64,000 nucleotides of DNA from Callorhinchus milii. Lineage: Eukaryota. Location of the stretch: positions 131,380,001 through 131,444,000 of the forward strand of contig NW_024704742.1 in NCBI RefSeq assembly GCF_018977255.1, given 5' to 3'. The translations under genes and the position numbers were made by a program. A model generated the notes under the pieces. That model ran no database searches and had not been told where the DNA came from. It worked only from the letters and a program-made list of their open reading frames with translations. Shown one piece after another: positions 12,530 through 26,734 of this stretch (position 1 is the stretch's first letter; the number at the start of each line of letters is the position of its first letter).

Positions 12530-13010
12530 AATTTTATTTTGTACTTGATATATATTGTCCTTCGGGTCGGGAGGATGTCCCAAAGCGCTTCACAGGATTT
12601 TACTGTAAAGTGTAGTGACTGCATTTTGCAGGCAAATGCTGCAGCCAATTTGGGTACTGCAGTGACCCACAAACAGCCGAATGACCAAATTCATCAGCGA
12701 ATTGTCGTCCGGGAAACGGAGGGAAACTCCCTTCTCTTTTCAAGCAGTGAATCTGAGTTAAAAGGCTGTGGGTTCAAGCCCCATCGTGGCATTTTGAAAT
12801 CGCAGTCTAGGCTGACACTCCAATACAGTGATGGGGCAACATTGCACTTTTGGGAGATACCCATTGTTTGGATGAAACTTTAATCCAAGATCCTGTATGC
12901 CTGTTCAGGTGGATATTAAAAACCCCATGCTACTGTTGGAAAAGACTCATAACTGGTGTCCTGGACAACAAACCCCCAGATAAATTTAATCATTCGCTTC
13001 ATAGCTGTTT
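12530..13010. mobile_element. Two family B SINE pieces in opposite orientation
   Basis: Minus-strand 3' half at about 12530-12740; plus-strand head and core (GGTTCAAGCCCC...CCTGTTCAGGTGGA) at about 12750-13010. Confidence 0.75.
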
Positions 13011-13709
13011 GTTAGCGTTCTGAGACGCCGTCCGGCGTGGAGGTCGCTATATAAATCCAAGTTGTTGTTGTTGTTAGACAAGGATGTGTGCAAATTGGGC
13101 CCTGCGTTCATCTACAAAATGCACAGTTCACTGTAGTAACTTTACTTCAGTAAATCCTGTGAAGCAACTTGAGATGTTCTTCCAAGGTATATTAAATGTA
13201 AGCATTGTTATTATTAATATTATTATTATTCTACTTTCTCCTGTTTTGGATCCCTGTTATGGTCATCCTCAGTTGACAGTGCCTGACCTGGGAAAGAATT
13301 AGATACAAAAAAGGTAGTTTCCATTCTACTGCACCAACATCCCTCACCTTGATACATCTCCCCAAAAAGTATGAAAGATTGAAAAGAAATGACAATTTTG
13401 TTATTTCCTACACGCGCCACAAAATGAGAATGAATTAATGGCTTTCAAAAGGAAGTCGTGCAGAAATATTTGCTGAAACAAGTGTGAAGGTTAAGTGATT
13501 GAAGACTAAGTAGGGAAACCTGATCACAAGAGGTGTTCAGATGAACAAGGTGATTTGATCTCATCTTTCCAGAATGCCCACTCTATGGTGCCAGATTCTC
13601 ATTTGCTACCAAGACCATGAATAACTTATAATAATAATAAGTTATAATAACAATAATAGTATGCATGCCTTATCAAGTGAGGACATCATCTCAAAATACT
13701 TTACAGGAT

Positions 13710-14070
13710 ATAATAATAATCCATGCATTTGTTAAGGTGCCTTTCACGTCGGGAGGACGTCCCAAAGCGCTTCACAGGATTTACTGTAAAGTGCAGTGAT
13801 TGTGTGTTTGTAGGCAAACATGGCAGCCAATTTGCACAAAACAATGTCCCACAAACAGCCATGAAGTGAATGACCAATTTTATTGGGGGATTTTGTCGGC
13901 GAAACATGGCAGCCAATTACGAACAGCAATGTTCCACATATAGCTATGGATTGCGTGACCAGTTTTATTTGGGGGATTCTTGGCCAGGTTAATTCCCTTT
14001 TCGAATAGTGCCATGGGATCTTTAACGTCCGCCTGAACAGGCTTAACGTCTCATCTGCCAGACAGGACGT
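13710..14070 (-). mobile_element. SINE family B, 5'-truncated, with an internal repeated segment
   Basis: Tail and core; the segment AAACATGGCAGCCAATT...TTTTATT(T)GGGGGATT occurs twice (about 13816-13892 and 13902-13978). Confidence 0.8.
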
Positions 14071-14109
14071 CATCAGGTAATTTTAAAGTATTCAGAGCAA
14101 CATTTCTGA

Positions 14110-14487
14110 AAATTACCTTCAAATGCTCGAGATTAGCACCTCAGCTCTGCCATCACCTGACACATTGCTCTGTCCCAGGGCTGCTCAGCAAACACTGGGC
14201 TACTTCATGTCTTCCTTGCTCCCCCCACACTTGATCCACCCCAACTTTAGTGGGCAAGTTTATAGCCAGTCTTTCTCTGCTCATCTTTATCTCGGAGTCC
14301 CTCTGCCTCGCCCTCTCCCTTCAAAATTGCCTTAAAACCTATTTTTGACTGCGTCCTCATCCACCTCTCCCCCATCCCCCACCACCCCCTCATGGCTCCC
14401 AACCCTAGCTCGGGCTCCCAGTCTGCTGTGTGCAGCACTTTGAGACGTCCTCCTGATGTGATAGGTGCTATATAAATGTAAATTGTA
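14110..14487 (+). mobile_element. L2 LINE 3' fragment, old
   Basis: Pyrimidine-rich FK..LKT.F segment ending in GCTATATAAATGTAAATTGT. Confidence 0.65.
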
Positions 14488-15769
14488 AGAAAAAATTGTA
14501 ATTGGGTTTAGATCCTATCAACGGATTAGGTACTGCTGACATACTTGTGTATATATCCTCGGGAAGGTATCAGCACAAGCACTAAATATTGTATACTACA
14601 CAAGAGCTGTGAAGAATTTTAACAAAAAAAGCATGAAACAAATTTTTACAAAACATGATCCGGACTTTTATGTCGCTAAAACGAGGTAAGTGATCAGCGT
14701 TTTAAACGTCAAAACAACGACATCAACTTACATTTGTATAGCGCCCTTAATAATAATATTAATAATAATCTTTGCATTTGATATAGCACCTTATCATGTC
14801 TTTCATACATTTCAATCCACGACTGTTTGTGGGACACTGCTATGCACAATTGGCTGTCCCGTTTCTCCCACAAAATATACAGTCAATTCACTTTACAGTA
14901 TATTCTGTGAAGTGATTTGAAGTGCCTCAAAGACATGATAAGGTGCTATATCAAATACAAGGATTATTATAAACCCTTTCAAAGAATATACTGTAAAGTG
15001 AATTGACTAGAACTTGTGGGTGAAATGTGACAGCCAATTGGGCACAGCAGTGTCCCACAAACAGTCATGGATTGAGTGATCAAATTTTTATTTTTTAATT
15101 TAGTAGTCAAAACAAAAACAATTTGCATTTATATAGCGCCCTTCACATGAGGTAGCGCTTAACACAGACCGTTTAAATGCCAGGGATGGACTGTTCAGAC
15201 AGACAGAGTTGTCCTCATGCATTGCTGTTCACCCCAGCCTAGAAATAAGAGCAAGGACACTTCAGATGAATTTTTCAGAGAGAGAGAGAGAGAGAGAAAA
15301 TCAGTGACAAATTGTAATGATTTTTAGATCACATCATTACAGTTCAAAATAGTTGGCATCCTCTTGAATATTAACAGGCTAAATAAAAGCAATATGCATT
15401 GAATTGCAGGCCAGGCATGGAATAGCGGTCTTAAAAATGCAATACTCTTCAACACAACTCTTCCAGCGCTGACAGCTGAAGAGGCAGCACATCTGTCATT
15501 CTAAATTGGGCGAGCGTTACAGTATAGTGAAATAGATGAAATGGCCCCCAAAGAAATATATTGTGAATATATATTATAATATTTCTGATATAATGCAAAT
15601 ATATTGCAATTTAGTCCATTTCCTTGAGGGAGACAGCTTTGAGCTGTGCCAGAAATTGTCAGCTCCAACCAAATGCTTTTCAAGGAGGCATATTTTTAAA
15701 AACAACTGGAGGTCTCTTGAATAAACACAACTTTCACAGCATACCTTGACTGAGAAGAAGCTCAGGGGA

Positions 15770-16127
15770 CTTTTATATTTAATTCTAGATACTTAGTCCA
15801 AACCCTCGCATACAAATCCCTCCACACCCTAGATCTGCACGTACCCCAATCCTCTGCCCACCCCCCTCCGCCTGCTACGTGTCTTTCCTGATCCCTCCAC
15901 ATCACCATCAGTGGCTGAGCCTTCTTTTGCTACTCTCATAACCTCTGAAACTCCCTGCCTCTGCCCTTCGCCTCATCCCATTCTCTACCTGTCTTTAACT
16001 ACCACCTGAAAACCTATCTCTTTAACTGCAAAAGGTCATCTTCCCTCCCTTTTGTCCAACCCCGCCACTCTGAAGCACGCCAAAACATTGTCCTAACTGC
16101 TGAGAGCTATATAAATATAAGTTGTTG
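15770..16127 (+). mobile_element. L2 LINE 3' fragment, old
   Basis: GGTGG-like/GCCTTC...CTCTGAAACTCCCTGCC...CTGAAAACCTATCTCTTT and a GCTATATAAAT..AAGTTGTTG tail. Confidence 0.65.
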
Positions 16128-16816
16128 GGGTCATTGCTTGTATGTACAAACAGAATGTGTGCTTGCGTGCACACACACACACACACACACATACACAGGG
16201 GATCCAATTTGCTATCTTTGCAAAACGGATGGGAGATGCAAATAGACTTTTCCCATTTTCCATTTCACCATGCAATTTGCGATACACACTAAATTGCAAC
16301 TTCCAAAAGCATCAAAGTGCGCTAAGCAATGGGATTAGACTAGTTGGCTCAGGTGGAGAAAAGACAGCAGCGCAGACTTGATGGGCTGAATTGACACAAA
16401 TGGAGTACAGTCACGGATTTAGTGAGCTGCCTGTTATTACAGTGATGTCAGCCCTGAGCTGGACTGCAGGCTCAGCATCACTTTGGGCTAAGTACATGTG
16501 ACGTGCAGCTCTGTGCTGTTCAGCTCCACTTGTGAGTAAACACTGAGCTCTCTGTTAACCCGTGCTCGAACCCTGGTTAATTTTTAACATTATTAAAGAG
16601 CAGGGAGTCCCGATGGCGCTTTACTTATGGTAACAACATCAAAAGGCCTGCCTGAGAATATAATAAACTTACATTTTTGGATACAAACATCGACTTTGCA
16701 GTTAGACTGCAGTTATATTGCAGTGGGTGCAAAGTCCACAGTGGTTGTGAGACTGCACACACATGGACAGAATTTTCTGAATGGGCCGAATGGCCTCTTT
16801 TTACTCTGCAAATCAC

Positions 16817-17300
16817 AATAGAATCATGGAATCATAGAATATTGCAGCACAGAAGGAGGCCATTCAGACCATCGTGCCTGTGCAGGCTCTTTGAAAGAGC
16901 TACCCAATCAGTCCCACTCTCCCACTCTTTCCCCATATCCCTACAATTTTTTCCTTTTCAAGTACCTATCTAATACCCCTTTGAAAGTTGTTATTGAATC
17001 TGCTTACACCACCCTTTCAGGCAGTGCATTCCAGACTGTAACAACTCTCTGTGTAAAAAAATGTCTCCTCATCTCCCCTCTGGTTCTTTTGCCAATTACC
17101 TTAAACCTATGTGCCCTGGTAACTGACCCACCTGCCAGTAGAGTCAGTTTATCCCTATCTACTCTATCAGAACTCACAATTTTGAACACTTCTATTAAAT
17201 CTCCCCTTAACCTTCTCTGCTCTAAGGAGAACAATCCCAGCTTGTCTAGTCTCTCCACATAACTAAAGTCCATCATCCCTGGTACCATTCTGATAAATCT
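16817..17300 (-). mobile_element. CR1 LINE 3' end, well preserved
   Basis: ORF 17004-17288 MVPGMMDFSYVERLDKLGLFSLEQRRLRGDLIEVFKI...FFTQRVVTVWNALP is the CR1 ORF2 C-terminus; (ATTCTATG)n-type tail. Confidence 0.95.
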
Positions 17301-19202
17301 CTATGATTCTATTGGGCACTCAGTAACTACGGGACATAGATTAGAGATTGCTACAGGAAGAGGGAGAGGAAAGCTTGGCTCAGAGAATTGCTGGGATGGA
17401 GAATGCCAGCCTGTTAAGGTGATAGAAGCAGAGACCATTGTGGATTTTTGCAGAGGAAGGTAGATGGGCATATGAATGATAGAGGGTTGAAGAAGTGTAG
17501 GGATAAGGCATCACAGTGGAGTGGATTGAATGTTTAGTTCTGAGAGGCAGTGCAGACTTGATGGGCCAAATGGCCACTTTCTTCACTGTGAATTCTTAAT
17601 GGTTTTGCCAGTTACACTACCACATTTGTGTTGATTTGATTTTAAAAATCTCATGAAGCAAGACTCACAGACCGATGACTGTGTTGACATTTTACCTCCT
17701 AGTGTCTAAGCCAACAATGCACTAGATAAAATCAGTCATTCGCTTCAAGGCTGTTTGTGGGGCATTGCAGTGTGCAAACTGGCTGCCGCTTTTGCTTACA
17801 AAATGCACGGTTCACATTAAAGCACAGTCTGAGACATCCTCCTGATGTGAGGTGCAAGGTGCGATATCAAATGCAACGATTATTATTTAGTAAAACATCT
17901 GCTTTTTTTTATATAAAAGAACGTCCAGTTCTGCCGGAACATTCTTCTTTCATATGATTACGAGATTGATGATAACAGTTGATGAGCTTCTGAGAATGGG
18001 CTGGATTGAGGGAATGGGAGTGGGGGGGGGGGGGGGGGGTTGCGTTAACTGGGATAAGGATGCACCCACTGTTTGGAATGGAGATGAAGGTTGCTGCGAT
18101 GGCACACAGCTTGCTCTGCTCTGATCTGTGTGACAGATGCAGCAGGGATTACGCCAGCAGCCACGCTGTTCAGCTAACCTCTGCCCTCATGGCTTCCGTA
18201 CTCCTAATCCTTCTCCTGAACCAATAAACAACATCACGCGCTGTGCTTGTGCTCACTGAGCCAGGCTGAAGTGTGCCGTGCAACGTCAAGCTGGGGAAAT
18301 CAAAGCACGGAGATCGCTCTGTTAAGCAAGAGCACCGAATGGGAGCTGTTACTCTACTTCCAAATCACACTAACACTGACTGTGAGCAAAAACAAAGATC
18401 CAGATGTATAAATTAATCAAAATTCAAAGCAACCAAATGCTTCAAATAGACTAAGGCAGTCAAGGGATTTTCTTTAACGTAAAGAATATACAATCACTGA
18501 AGAACAACAACTTGCATTTATGTAGCGCCCTTCATGTGGGCAGCGTCTCGGAGCGTTTAACAACCCAAAAAATCAACCCGGCAGAGGTCTGGTGATGTCT
18601 GACAGGACGTCTTGGTTATGTTCCATACAGTTACAGTACACATAATGTGCACACACAGTGCATATACACTCCATTCAGCCCTAGTCTGTGCTGATATTTA
18701 TACTCCACCTGACCTTCCACTCTTCCTACCCCACCTCTTCCCCCTCCTTCCCTCCATCACCTCTATTCCATACTCCCTCACGTATAGATTAAGTTTCCTC
18801 TAAAATACGATGCTTCTTTTTGTTTCAACCACAACTTCTGGCGAAGAGTTTCTCATTCTCAACCTCTGCGTAACGAAGTTCCTCCTAAACTCCCCTTCAG
18901 ATCTGCCACTGGCTACCATTTATTTATGTGATCTCCTGTGAAATGCTGGCCAAGCTCATTTTGAAGAAGTGTTTTCCATCAGTCACAAGCTCCGAGCTTT
19001 GGAAAGAATAGATGTTTTAGCTGTTACTGTTGTAAAGTATTGCTTCTTATTGTTTTGCAATTAACATTGCTACTTAAAGTAATGTAATTATGACCTCTTC
19101 CCCACTTTGTGTGTGTGTATTTCTACGTGAAGATGCCTTTATTATATCTGCAGCAATACTTTTGCAATGGCTACACAATTTCCGTATCTTCTGTTTCACA
19201 GA

Positions 19203-19660
19203 ACCACAACAACCTGTACTGATATAGTGCCCTCCATGCAGGGTAGTGTCTCAGAGTGCTTAACAGTGGCAGAGCGTGACTCCGACCCAGGGGGGAGGGG
19301 GGAAGGTGGCTGTAAGCACGGTAGAAGAGGAAAGTTTTCAGGTGGGACTTGAAAGAGGGGAGAGAGGGGGCAAAGTGGAGGGATTGAGGGAGAGTGTTCC
19401 TGAGTTTTGGGGTGTAGTGGCTGAAAGTGTAATCGCCAATGGTGGGCCGGAGGGTGCAAGGGACGAGCAGGAGGCCGGTGCTAGTCGAGCGGAGGAACCA
19501 GGTGGTGGATTGGGGAGTAAGGAGGTCGGAGAGGTAGGGAGGTGCTAGAGAGTGAAGGTATTTGAATACGAGAGTGAAAATCGTGAAGTTGACCCGATTG
19601 GTGATGGGGAGCCGGTGGAACCTGGCCAGAACTGGTGAGATGTGGGTACGGAGTTTGGTG
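19203..19660 (-). mobile_element. L2 LINE 3' fragment
   Basis: Highly similar to 410-835. Confidence 0.85.
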
Positions 19661-20049
19661 CTTTAGGTGTTAATTCACTGCACATGGCAGAAACATATTG
19701 GACAACATCTGCTCTCTCATTCATTTCTCATATATTATATCCATATTATATATACATAATATACGTATATAATATTAATTCTTACATTTGATATGGTGCC
19801 TTTCAAGTTGGGAAGAAGTCTTAAAGTGCTTCACAGGATTTTACTGTCAAGTGTGATCACACACAAGTATCCATACTATATCTTGATTATCTACATAAAA
19901 TCTTGTGGTAAAATGCAGAGCTTCTGACCGTTGTGGGAATATAGTAATAATAATCCTCGAATATGATATACTTTACTACACCCTGAAGCTGTGGAACTCT
20001 TTACCTTAATGCCCCCAATTTACCCCTCTTTGCCCCTCTTCAGATCACA

Positions 20050-20615
20050 CTTGCCACTTTATAAATGACTGGTGCGACCACACTTGGAATACTGTGTGCA
20101 GTTCTGGTAACCACAATATAAAAAGGATATTGTAGAGATTGAGAGGATACATAGGAGGGCAACCAAAATGAGAGCGAGGATGGAGGGACTGGACTACGAG
20201 GAGTGATTAGGTAAACTGGGCATGTTCACGCTGGAGAAGAGAAGGTTGAGGGACGATATGATTACAATCTTTAAGATTCTGAAGGGAATAGTTAATATAG
20301 ACCATGATAAACTGTATTATCTTGTACTGAAATGTAAAACCAGAGGACACGTCCTGCGATTGAAGGGGGGTAAATTCAGAACAAATCTGTGGAAACACTA
20401 CTCTAGTGAGTGAGTAGCAAACTTGTGGAACAGGCTCCCAAGGGAGACAGTGGAAATAGAAAGTGTTGTTCGTTTCAAGAACAAATCAGATAGATTTCTG
20501 CTAGAAAATAACTTTTCGGAATACAGTCTATAGTTTGTGACATGACGTGGAAGGAAGGTGAACTCGATGGACGTTAATCTTCTTTCACGTAGAAAATCCT
20601 TATGTTCTTATGTTT
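20050..20615 (+). mobile_element. CR1 LINE 3' fragment
   Basis: LVRPHLEYCVQFW*P.YKKDI...LGMFTLEKRRLRDDMITIFKILKG...TRGH with in-frame stops; (TTCTTATG)n tail. Confidence 0.9.
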
Positions 20616-21621
20616 TAAGGAAGACTTTCCTCTTCGACGTGCCTACATTAACCTTGCTTTTCCTCCCAGCTCAGCATCCAACTCACACATTGTTAAGCGC
20701 TCTGAGATTCTACACCACGTGAGGCACGCAATATAAATGCGAGTTATTGTCATGGCATCTTTCATGTCGAGAGGATGCTTCAAAGAGCTTGACAGGAAGT
20801 TTCCTGTAATGTACAGTGACTGTGTGTTTTGTAGGTAGGCAAACAGAATCACTATGAGTACGGCTCTCTTCCTTTAATAGGGTTCTCTCTTGTCCACAAA
20901 GTATGAACAGAAAGTACTGCAGGAAAGTGTGCACTTGCTTCCCCTGCTCAGTCATTCCTGATGTGCCAAGTGTTTATTCTGTGCCAAGCCGCTGAGCATG
21001 CTCAGTCAAGTATGACTCAGTCCTAGTGGACAGTACAGTTCTATATACACACACAGACACACACACACACACTCTGCTTTGGGCAACTCTGATGCACATG
21101 AATGATTCATTTAAAGCACCTCACTCAATAGCTATTTTCGAAACCACTATTTTTAGCCATTTGTTCAGCCAGTCATCGTGCACCAATTTGTGAGCTTAAT
21201 TTCTTTTTTTCTAAAACATTAAATCAACGGCCTACGCACTTTCGTTCCCAGAGATTCCCCCAAAAATAAGAAGTGGAAAAGCATACTCCTTCCCCCCCTT
21301 CTGCAGCCTATTCACAAGTTAAATAAGCTTCAGGTTTTTGTGGGGTATTTGTTTAGTCACCAGGCTGAACAAATTAGGTTAAATGTACACAGCAGGAGGT
21401 TGTGAAGGAATAGTGGTCCAAAATCATTGTGATGGCAATTAACCTCAGTTACTCTCCCCGTACATCATTCGATAAGAAACACCCTGGTAACTTGAATACT
21501 GCCAGGAGCTATGGTTACATCACTGCATTTAAAAGAAAACTCGCTGTTTTTGTGAAGCAGAAGTGAATAGAGGGTATATGGAGAGGAGATTAGAAGTAGT
21601 GGAGGCTCATGTGGAATATAA

Positions 21622-21931
21622 ATAATAATAATAATCCTTGCATTTGATGTAGTGCCTTGTCACGTTGTTGAGACATCTCAAAGTGCTTCACAGAGTATAC
21701 TGTAAAGTGAATTGACTGTATATCTTAAATCATTATTATTATTTTTTTAAGAGTTATTACCCCCAGAAAAGTGATCCACTAATTGACTAACAACCGGGTT
21801 CCTACTTACTGCTAGATAAACAAGGCGTGTGGAGTAAGGAAACTTGCTTAAGATTTCGCTCTGCTGGGAATCGAACCTAGTTCGCCTCCGTTGCGAGGTG
21901 AGTGCTCCTAACTTGTATGCTACAGGACTCC
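21622..21931 (-). mobile_element. SINE family A (internal deletion) inserted in a CR1 3' UTR remnant
   Basis: Head ends at GGACTCC 21931; CR1-like GGAGGCTCATGTGG and GGCCAAAAGGG...CTGTATCTCTAT on either side. Confidence 0.8.
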
Positions 21932-24900
21932 ACAGTTCTCTAGCATATTGGTTAACCACGAGCAAGGACTAGTGCGGCCAAAAGGGTTGTTTCAGTGCTG
22001 TATCTCTATATAATTAACATCTTCATAATAATCCTAGCATTTGGTATAGCACGCTATCAAGCAATCAAAACATTTCGAAGTGCTTCACAGGGTTTGCATT
22101 AAAGTGTACTGTCTATATTTTGTTGGTACATGTAGCAGCCGATTTGTGTACCGCAATGTCCCACAAACAGCCACAACATGATCTTCTCATGTAAAGGGAA
22201 AGGAAGTAAGATGCCAAGTCATCAGTACAACATCCTGAGTCCTCCTGCACGGAGAAACACTTGCATGCATTAAAATAACCAAAGCAAAAGCAGAGACGCA
22301 CTATAGTGCAACAACTCATTCCTTTAACATAGAAGGAAATGCCTGGAGGTGCTTCACACAGACCATATGTCACAGGGCTCTGAGACACCAACCTGTAACT
22401 ATGTAAATGCAAGTTGTTGTTGTTGATGTGGGGTGCTGGGGGCTGGGGTGGTGGGGGGAGGGGGCAGACGGAAATCACTGAGCAGAGAGTAAAGGAGGGG
22501 GAGTTTTTGAGGGTGTTGACCAAAGTAAGAAACATTTAATAGGAATTTGAAGTTAAGATTATGCAGGGGGGTTTAAACTGATAATTTTAGAATTTCTCTC
22601 AGTTGTACAGCATGAATGTCTGGGAAACAATAACCGGGATTTATATAGAGTGCTTCATACGGGGCAATGTCTCAGAGTGCTGAACAATGGTAGAGCCTGA
22701 AGCCGAGCCAGAGAGAAAGGGGAGGTGGCCAGAGGCACGGTTGAAGAAGAAGGTCTTCAGGAAGACTGGTCAAAAGGAGGTAAGGTGGAGGGACTCAAGG
22801 ATTGAAACGGTTCAAAAAAAGGACCAGGACCCTCAGATAGCTTCGGAATTCAAAATGAAAAGAAATACAATTTTGTATGTCATGGTAAGAGCCAAAAAAG
22901 ATTTTTTTTATTCCCTGCCCACTCACACTTTCAAACATCGAGGCGTTGGTTTCAGCGATGGTGTTTCTGTAATTCCTAGTCACCTCTGGTGAATAGCATG
23001 TGGCTGCGACTGAAATTGATTAATAATCGCCAGCCACTGATTACTTGTCAAGAAGACTTATCATTAGGGGCAGAAGTATGAGTGAGGAAGTCAGGCAGCC
23101 CAGTGTACAGCTGGCTCTCACACCCATTACTGACTGATACTGACAACAAGGCTTCATATCACAACAGGTAGGTAAGTTGCTGGAGATATGATCATGACAG
23201 TCCAGCTCCATGTTAAAGTCTCTCTGCCACCTTTGTTTTCTTAATTTTTTGGGGTATATAAATCACATTTATGCTGAAGGTCCCTTCGCCTTTCTCTATC
23301 CTTGAAACATCAGGAATTTCCATTATGTTTCAATGAAAATTCACTGTTGTCTGTTACCAAGAAGTGTTTAAGAACACACCCAACTGACCATAGAAAGCTT
23401 GCAGTAGTTTTCTTCCCCCGACCAAAAATCCCCCCCACACACACAGCCTTCACCCAGTTTCCTTTGTACTGAGTGACTGCTTGAAACTGTCCAATTTCCA
23501 TGTTCCTGGAAATTCCATGGTTGAAGGCGAGGGGGTGACACGGAGGAGGAAATATTTGCAAATATATAAAAAATTTTGAAACACCTTCTGACTTGATAAG
23601 GTGTTATACTAAATGCAAGGATCATTATTATTATTAACATTATAATAATTATTAAGGAGGAAGAGGAAGTCAGAGCTCAGTGGATATGAGGATGAAGGAC
23701 TACAGAGGCAAGTGTTCTAACCAATGCACTACAGGGCTCCTCTCCCTGCAGGATGCCAACAGAACTCACAAAGACACGACTGCAAAAGTTTGCAATCTGA
23801 TAAAAACAGAGGGGTTTAGGGAGGGAGTTTCAGAGGGTAGTCCGTGAAAGCTCGACCAACGATGGCGTAACTCCAAAAATGTACATGATGTAGTCAAAGT
23901 ATGGCTCAACGTCCTCACTCCAACAACCCTGGTGAATATAACATTACTTTTAATAATCAAATGGATCCTGAGCACAGGGTGTGCAGGTTAGTCAATGGCT
24001 GATATAGGGCACTTGACCCCATGTTTCAGACAACTGACTTTTTTTTCCCCCTCAGCACAAATCAATACAAAGTGTGTGAGTTGTTAAGATCCTGTTTTTC
24101 TCCCTCCACCCACTGTGATGCGGTGAAATTTTAACTGCTCCTTTAGATAACTGCAACTATAAAGAGTTTGGGCTGCAATGAGTCAGCTCGGATAACTGCA
24201 TTAAGCTTTTAAATGCCTTTTCAGAAGAAAAACTTTAGACCTAGTTATCCATCCAACCATGACACTACTCTCTCTCTCTCGCTCTCTCTCATTCTCTCTC
24301 TCCATCCACAATACTCAGCCACGACGGGATTGCATCTTCAAAATAAGGACAACAGAAGGAGAATAGGAAATGCAAGAGACATTTTTTTCCTTAGCAAAAG
24401 AATCGAACAAATTACCGGCACTGGTGGTGGAACAAGAAATTTGAAAGGCTTTTCAAAAAGGAACTCGACAAGTTCTTGTCAGCTTGAAAGATTCAGGGTT
24501 AGTAGATTTTAGAGAATAGATACATCAAACAAACCTTGTGGGAAATTGAATAGCCGGGCTTGGATGGATTGATGATCTGCTCAGGCTGGATTCATGCTTT
24601 ATTCTGTTTCTTTCCCAATATTGTGGGGATATTCTTCTGGGGGAAGCTGACTCACTGCTTTAAGTCCTCGACAGCTTTTCAGTGAGGTCCACAGCAACTG
24701 AGCTCGACTCAAATCACAGTTGAAATCTTGTTCTAACATTTACATGCAGCACTGAAGGCTGGGATAAGACGGATACTAATACGTATATTATATATACATA
24801 TATATCCACCTATTATATAGATACATATACATATTTATTATAGATATTTATTTTGGAAGAAATCTTCTTTGCGGTCATTATGTAATCCTTGCATTTGATG

Positions 24901-26734
24901 CAACACATTATCCCATCATTGAAACATCTCAAAGAGATTTCCTGAAAAGCATAGAAACTGTGCATTTTCAAGCGAATAAGGTAGTCAATGTGCACACACC
25001 AATGTTCTGCAATAATCCATGATATGAATGACCAATGTTGGCCAGGACACCAGATTTACTCCCTTCTATTTTCGAGCAGTGCCAAGGAATTTCTAGCGTC
25101 CACCTTAACAAGCAGCTGGGACCTCAATTTAATTGCTCAACTGAAGAATGGCAATACTGTACACACCCAGTGTCAGCCTATGTGTTGCTGTGTGGGGCTT
25201 GAACCCACAACCTTCTGACTGCCAATTGAGCATGTGCAACGAGGGAGCAATGTGAAGGAGCTTCTTTGTAAAATGAATATTCTCCCTAATTTTACATTAT
25301 ATTAGTGTGAGTCACCCCTCTTACTGTTTGGTAGATGGATGAGATAAGTAACATAATTAAATCATGAACTAGAAAATCCCATTCGGATGATGCAGTCTGC
25401 TCCTTAACTCCTTAACTTGTCAATATCGCACTTGACTTGTAATACAGATCTTGATTGGAACAAAGGAATATGAAGGAGAAATCTCAGGGAAAATGTGAGC
25501 TTTCCACCTCATCCCACCCCACCCTAAGCTCCACAAAACAATGTTTAAAAGAAAATCATCATAATAAAAGCCAAAGAAAATCTTGAAAGAACACACAGGA
25601 AATCCTCATCAGTGATATGCTCACAAACAATTCAATTCATTGATACTCACAAATTGGCTGCCGTGTTCCCCTATAAATACACAGTCACTACACTCTACAA
25701 TGCATTCTGTAAAGAGCTTTGAGACGTTTCGATGACATGAAAGGCGCTGTAACAAACGTAAGGAATATTAGGAACCCCAAGGTACAGAAAAGCCTTCAAC
25801 AGAGGAAATACTTAGCTATCGCACAACGGACAGGGACAAACACAGCAAGCCATAGGAATTCAGCTTCTAAACAGCAACTGCAAAACTTCTGTGAGAAGGT
25901 CAGTGAAATCATTCGGAAGAATTATCTGCCCTCAGTGCACGGAAGACAGCAACAACTCTGAAATCATTGATACGTGTGCATGCAGACGTGCATTCACATG
26001 CAAAGAGTTCCTTCGGGTATTAAGGATTACACCTGATAAATTGGGTTTCCTTCCTATTCCCTGCGGTGCTGCCATTGTGTATCAAACTCTCCAGATAAAC
26101 ACAGCGTTATATTTTAGTTGCATAAAAAAACAGTAATCTTTTTAACATTGGAGAATGCAGCTCCATCATTCACTTTATATCGCAAGAGCGAAATGAACAC
26201 TCGACGGGCAAGCAAAGCCGTTTGATCTGAATGAATAAGCAGGACTTTCTTTTTAAACGCAGGCTTCAAATTGACAGAAAAGCAAAAGCAGGATTGTGAC
26301 TGACAACATATTATTTCCCAAAGAGCTGAATCCCTATTTCCTCTCTAAGGGCATCTGAAGAATTAGTCATCATAATACTTGCATTTGATTTACTGCCTTC
26401 CACATCAGGTGGATGTCTCAAAGTGCTTCATAGAATTTACTATAAAATGCAGTGATTGTGTATTTTGTAGGCAAATGGGCAGCTAATTTACACACAGCAA
26501 TGTCGCACAAACATGGGATATGGTATATAGGTAGTTCGGGACATATGTGCATGTGACCAGAGTCTTGGGAAGTCCTCCCGACATGAAAGTCGCTGCACAA
26601 AATTAACTTTGCTGCTGTTGTTGTTGTTGTGATGCCAGGAAGGTTGAAAGCGAACTAGATGGGCCTTGGTCTTTTTTNCGCCTAGCATTTCTTATGTTCT
26701 TACAAACAGCCGTGAACTGAAATGACCACTGTTT

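Noticed and set aside
12359..12883. Longest ORF (174 aa)
   Set aside because: Most of it reads through two SINE pieces in opposite orientation
17004..17288. Intact-looking 94-aa CDS
   Set aside because: C-terminal fragment of a 5'-truncated CR1 ORF2, not a host gene
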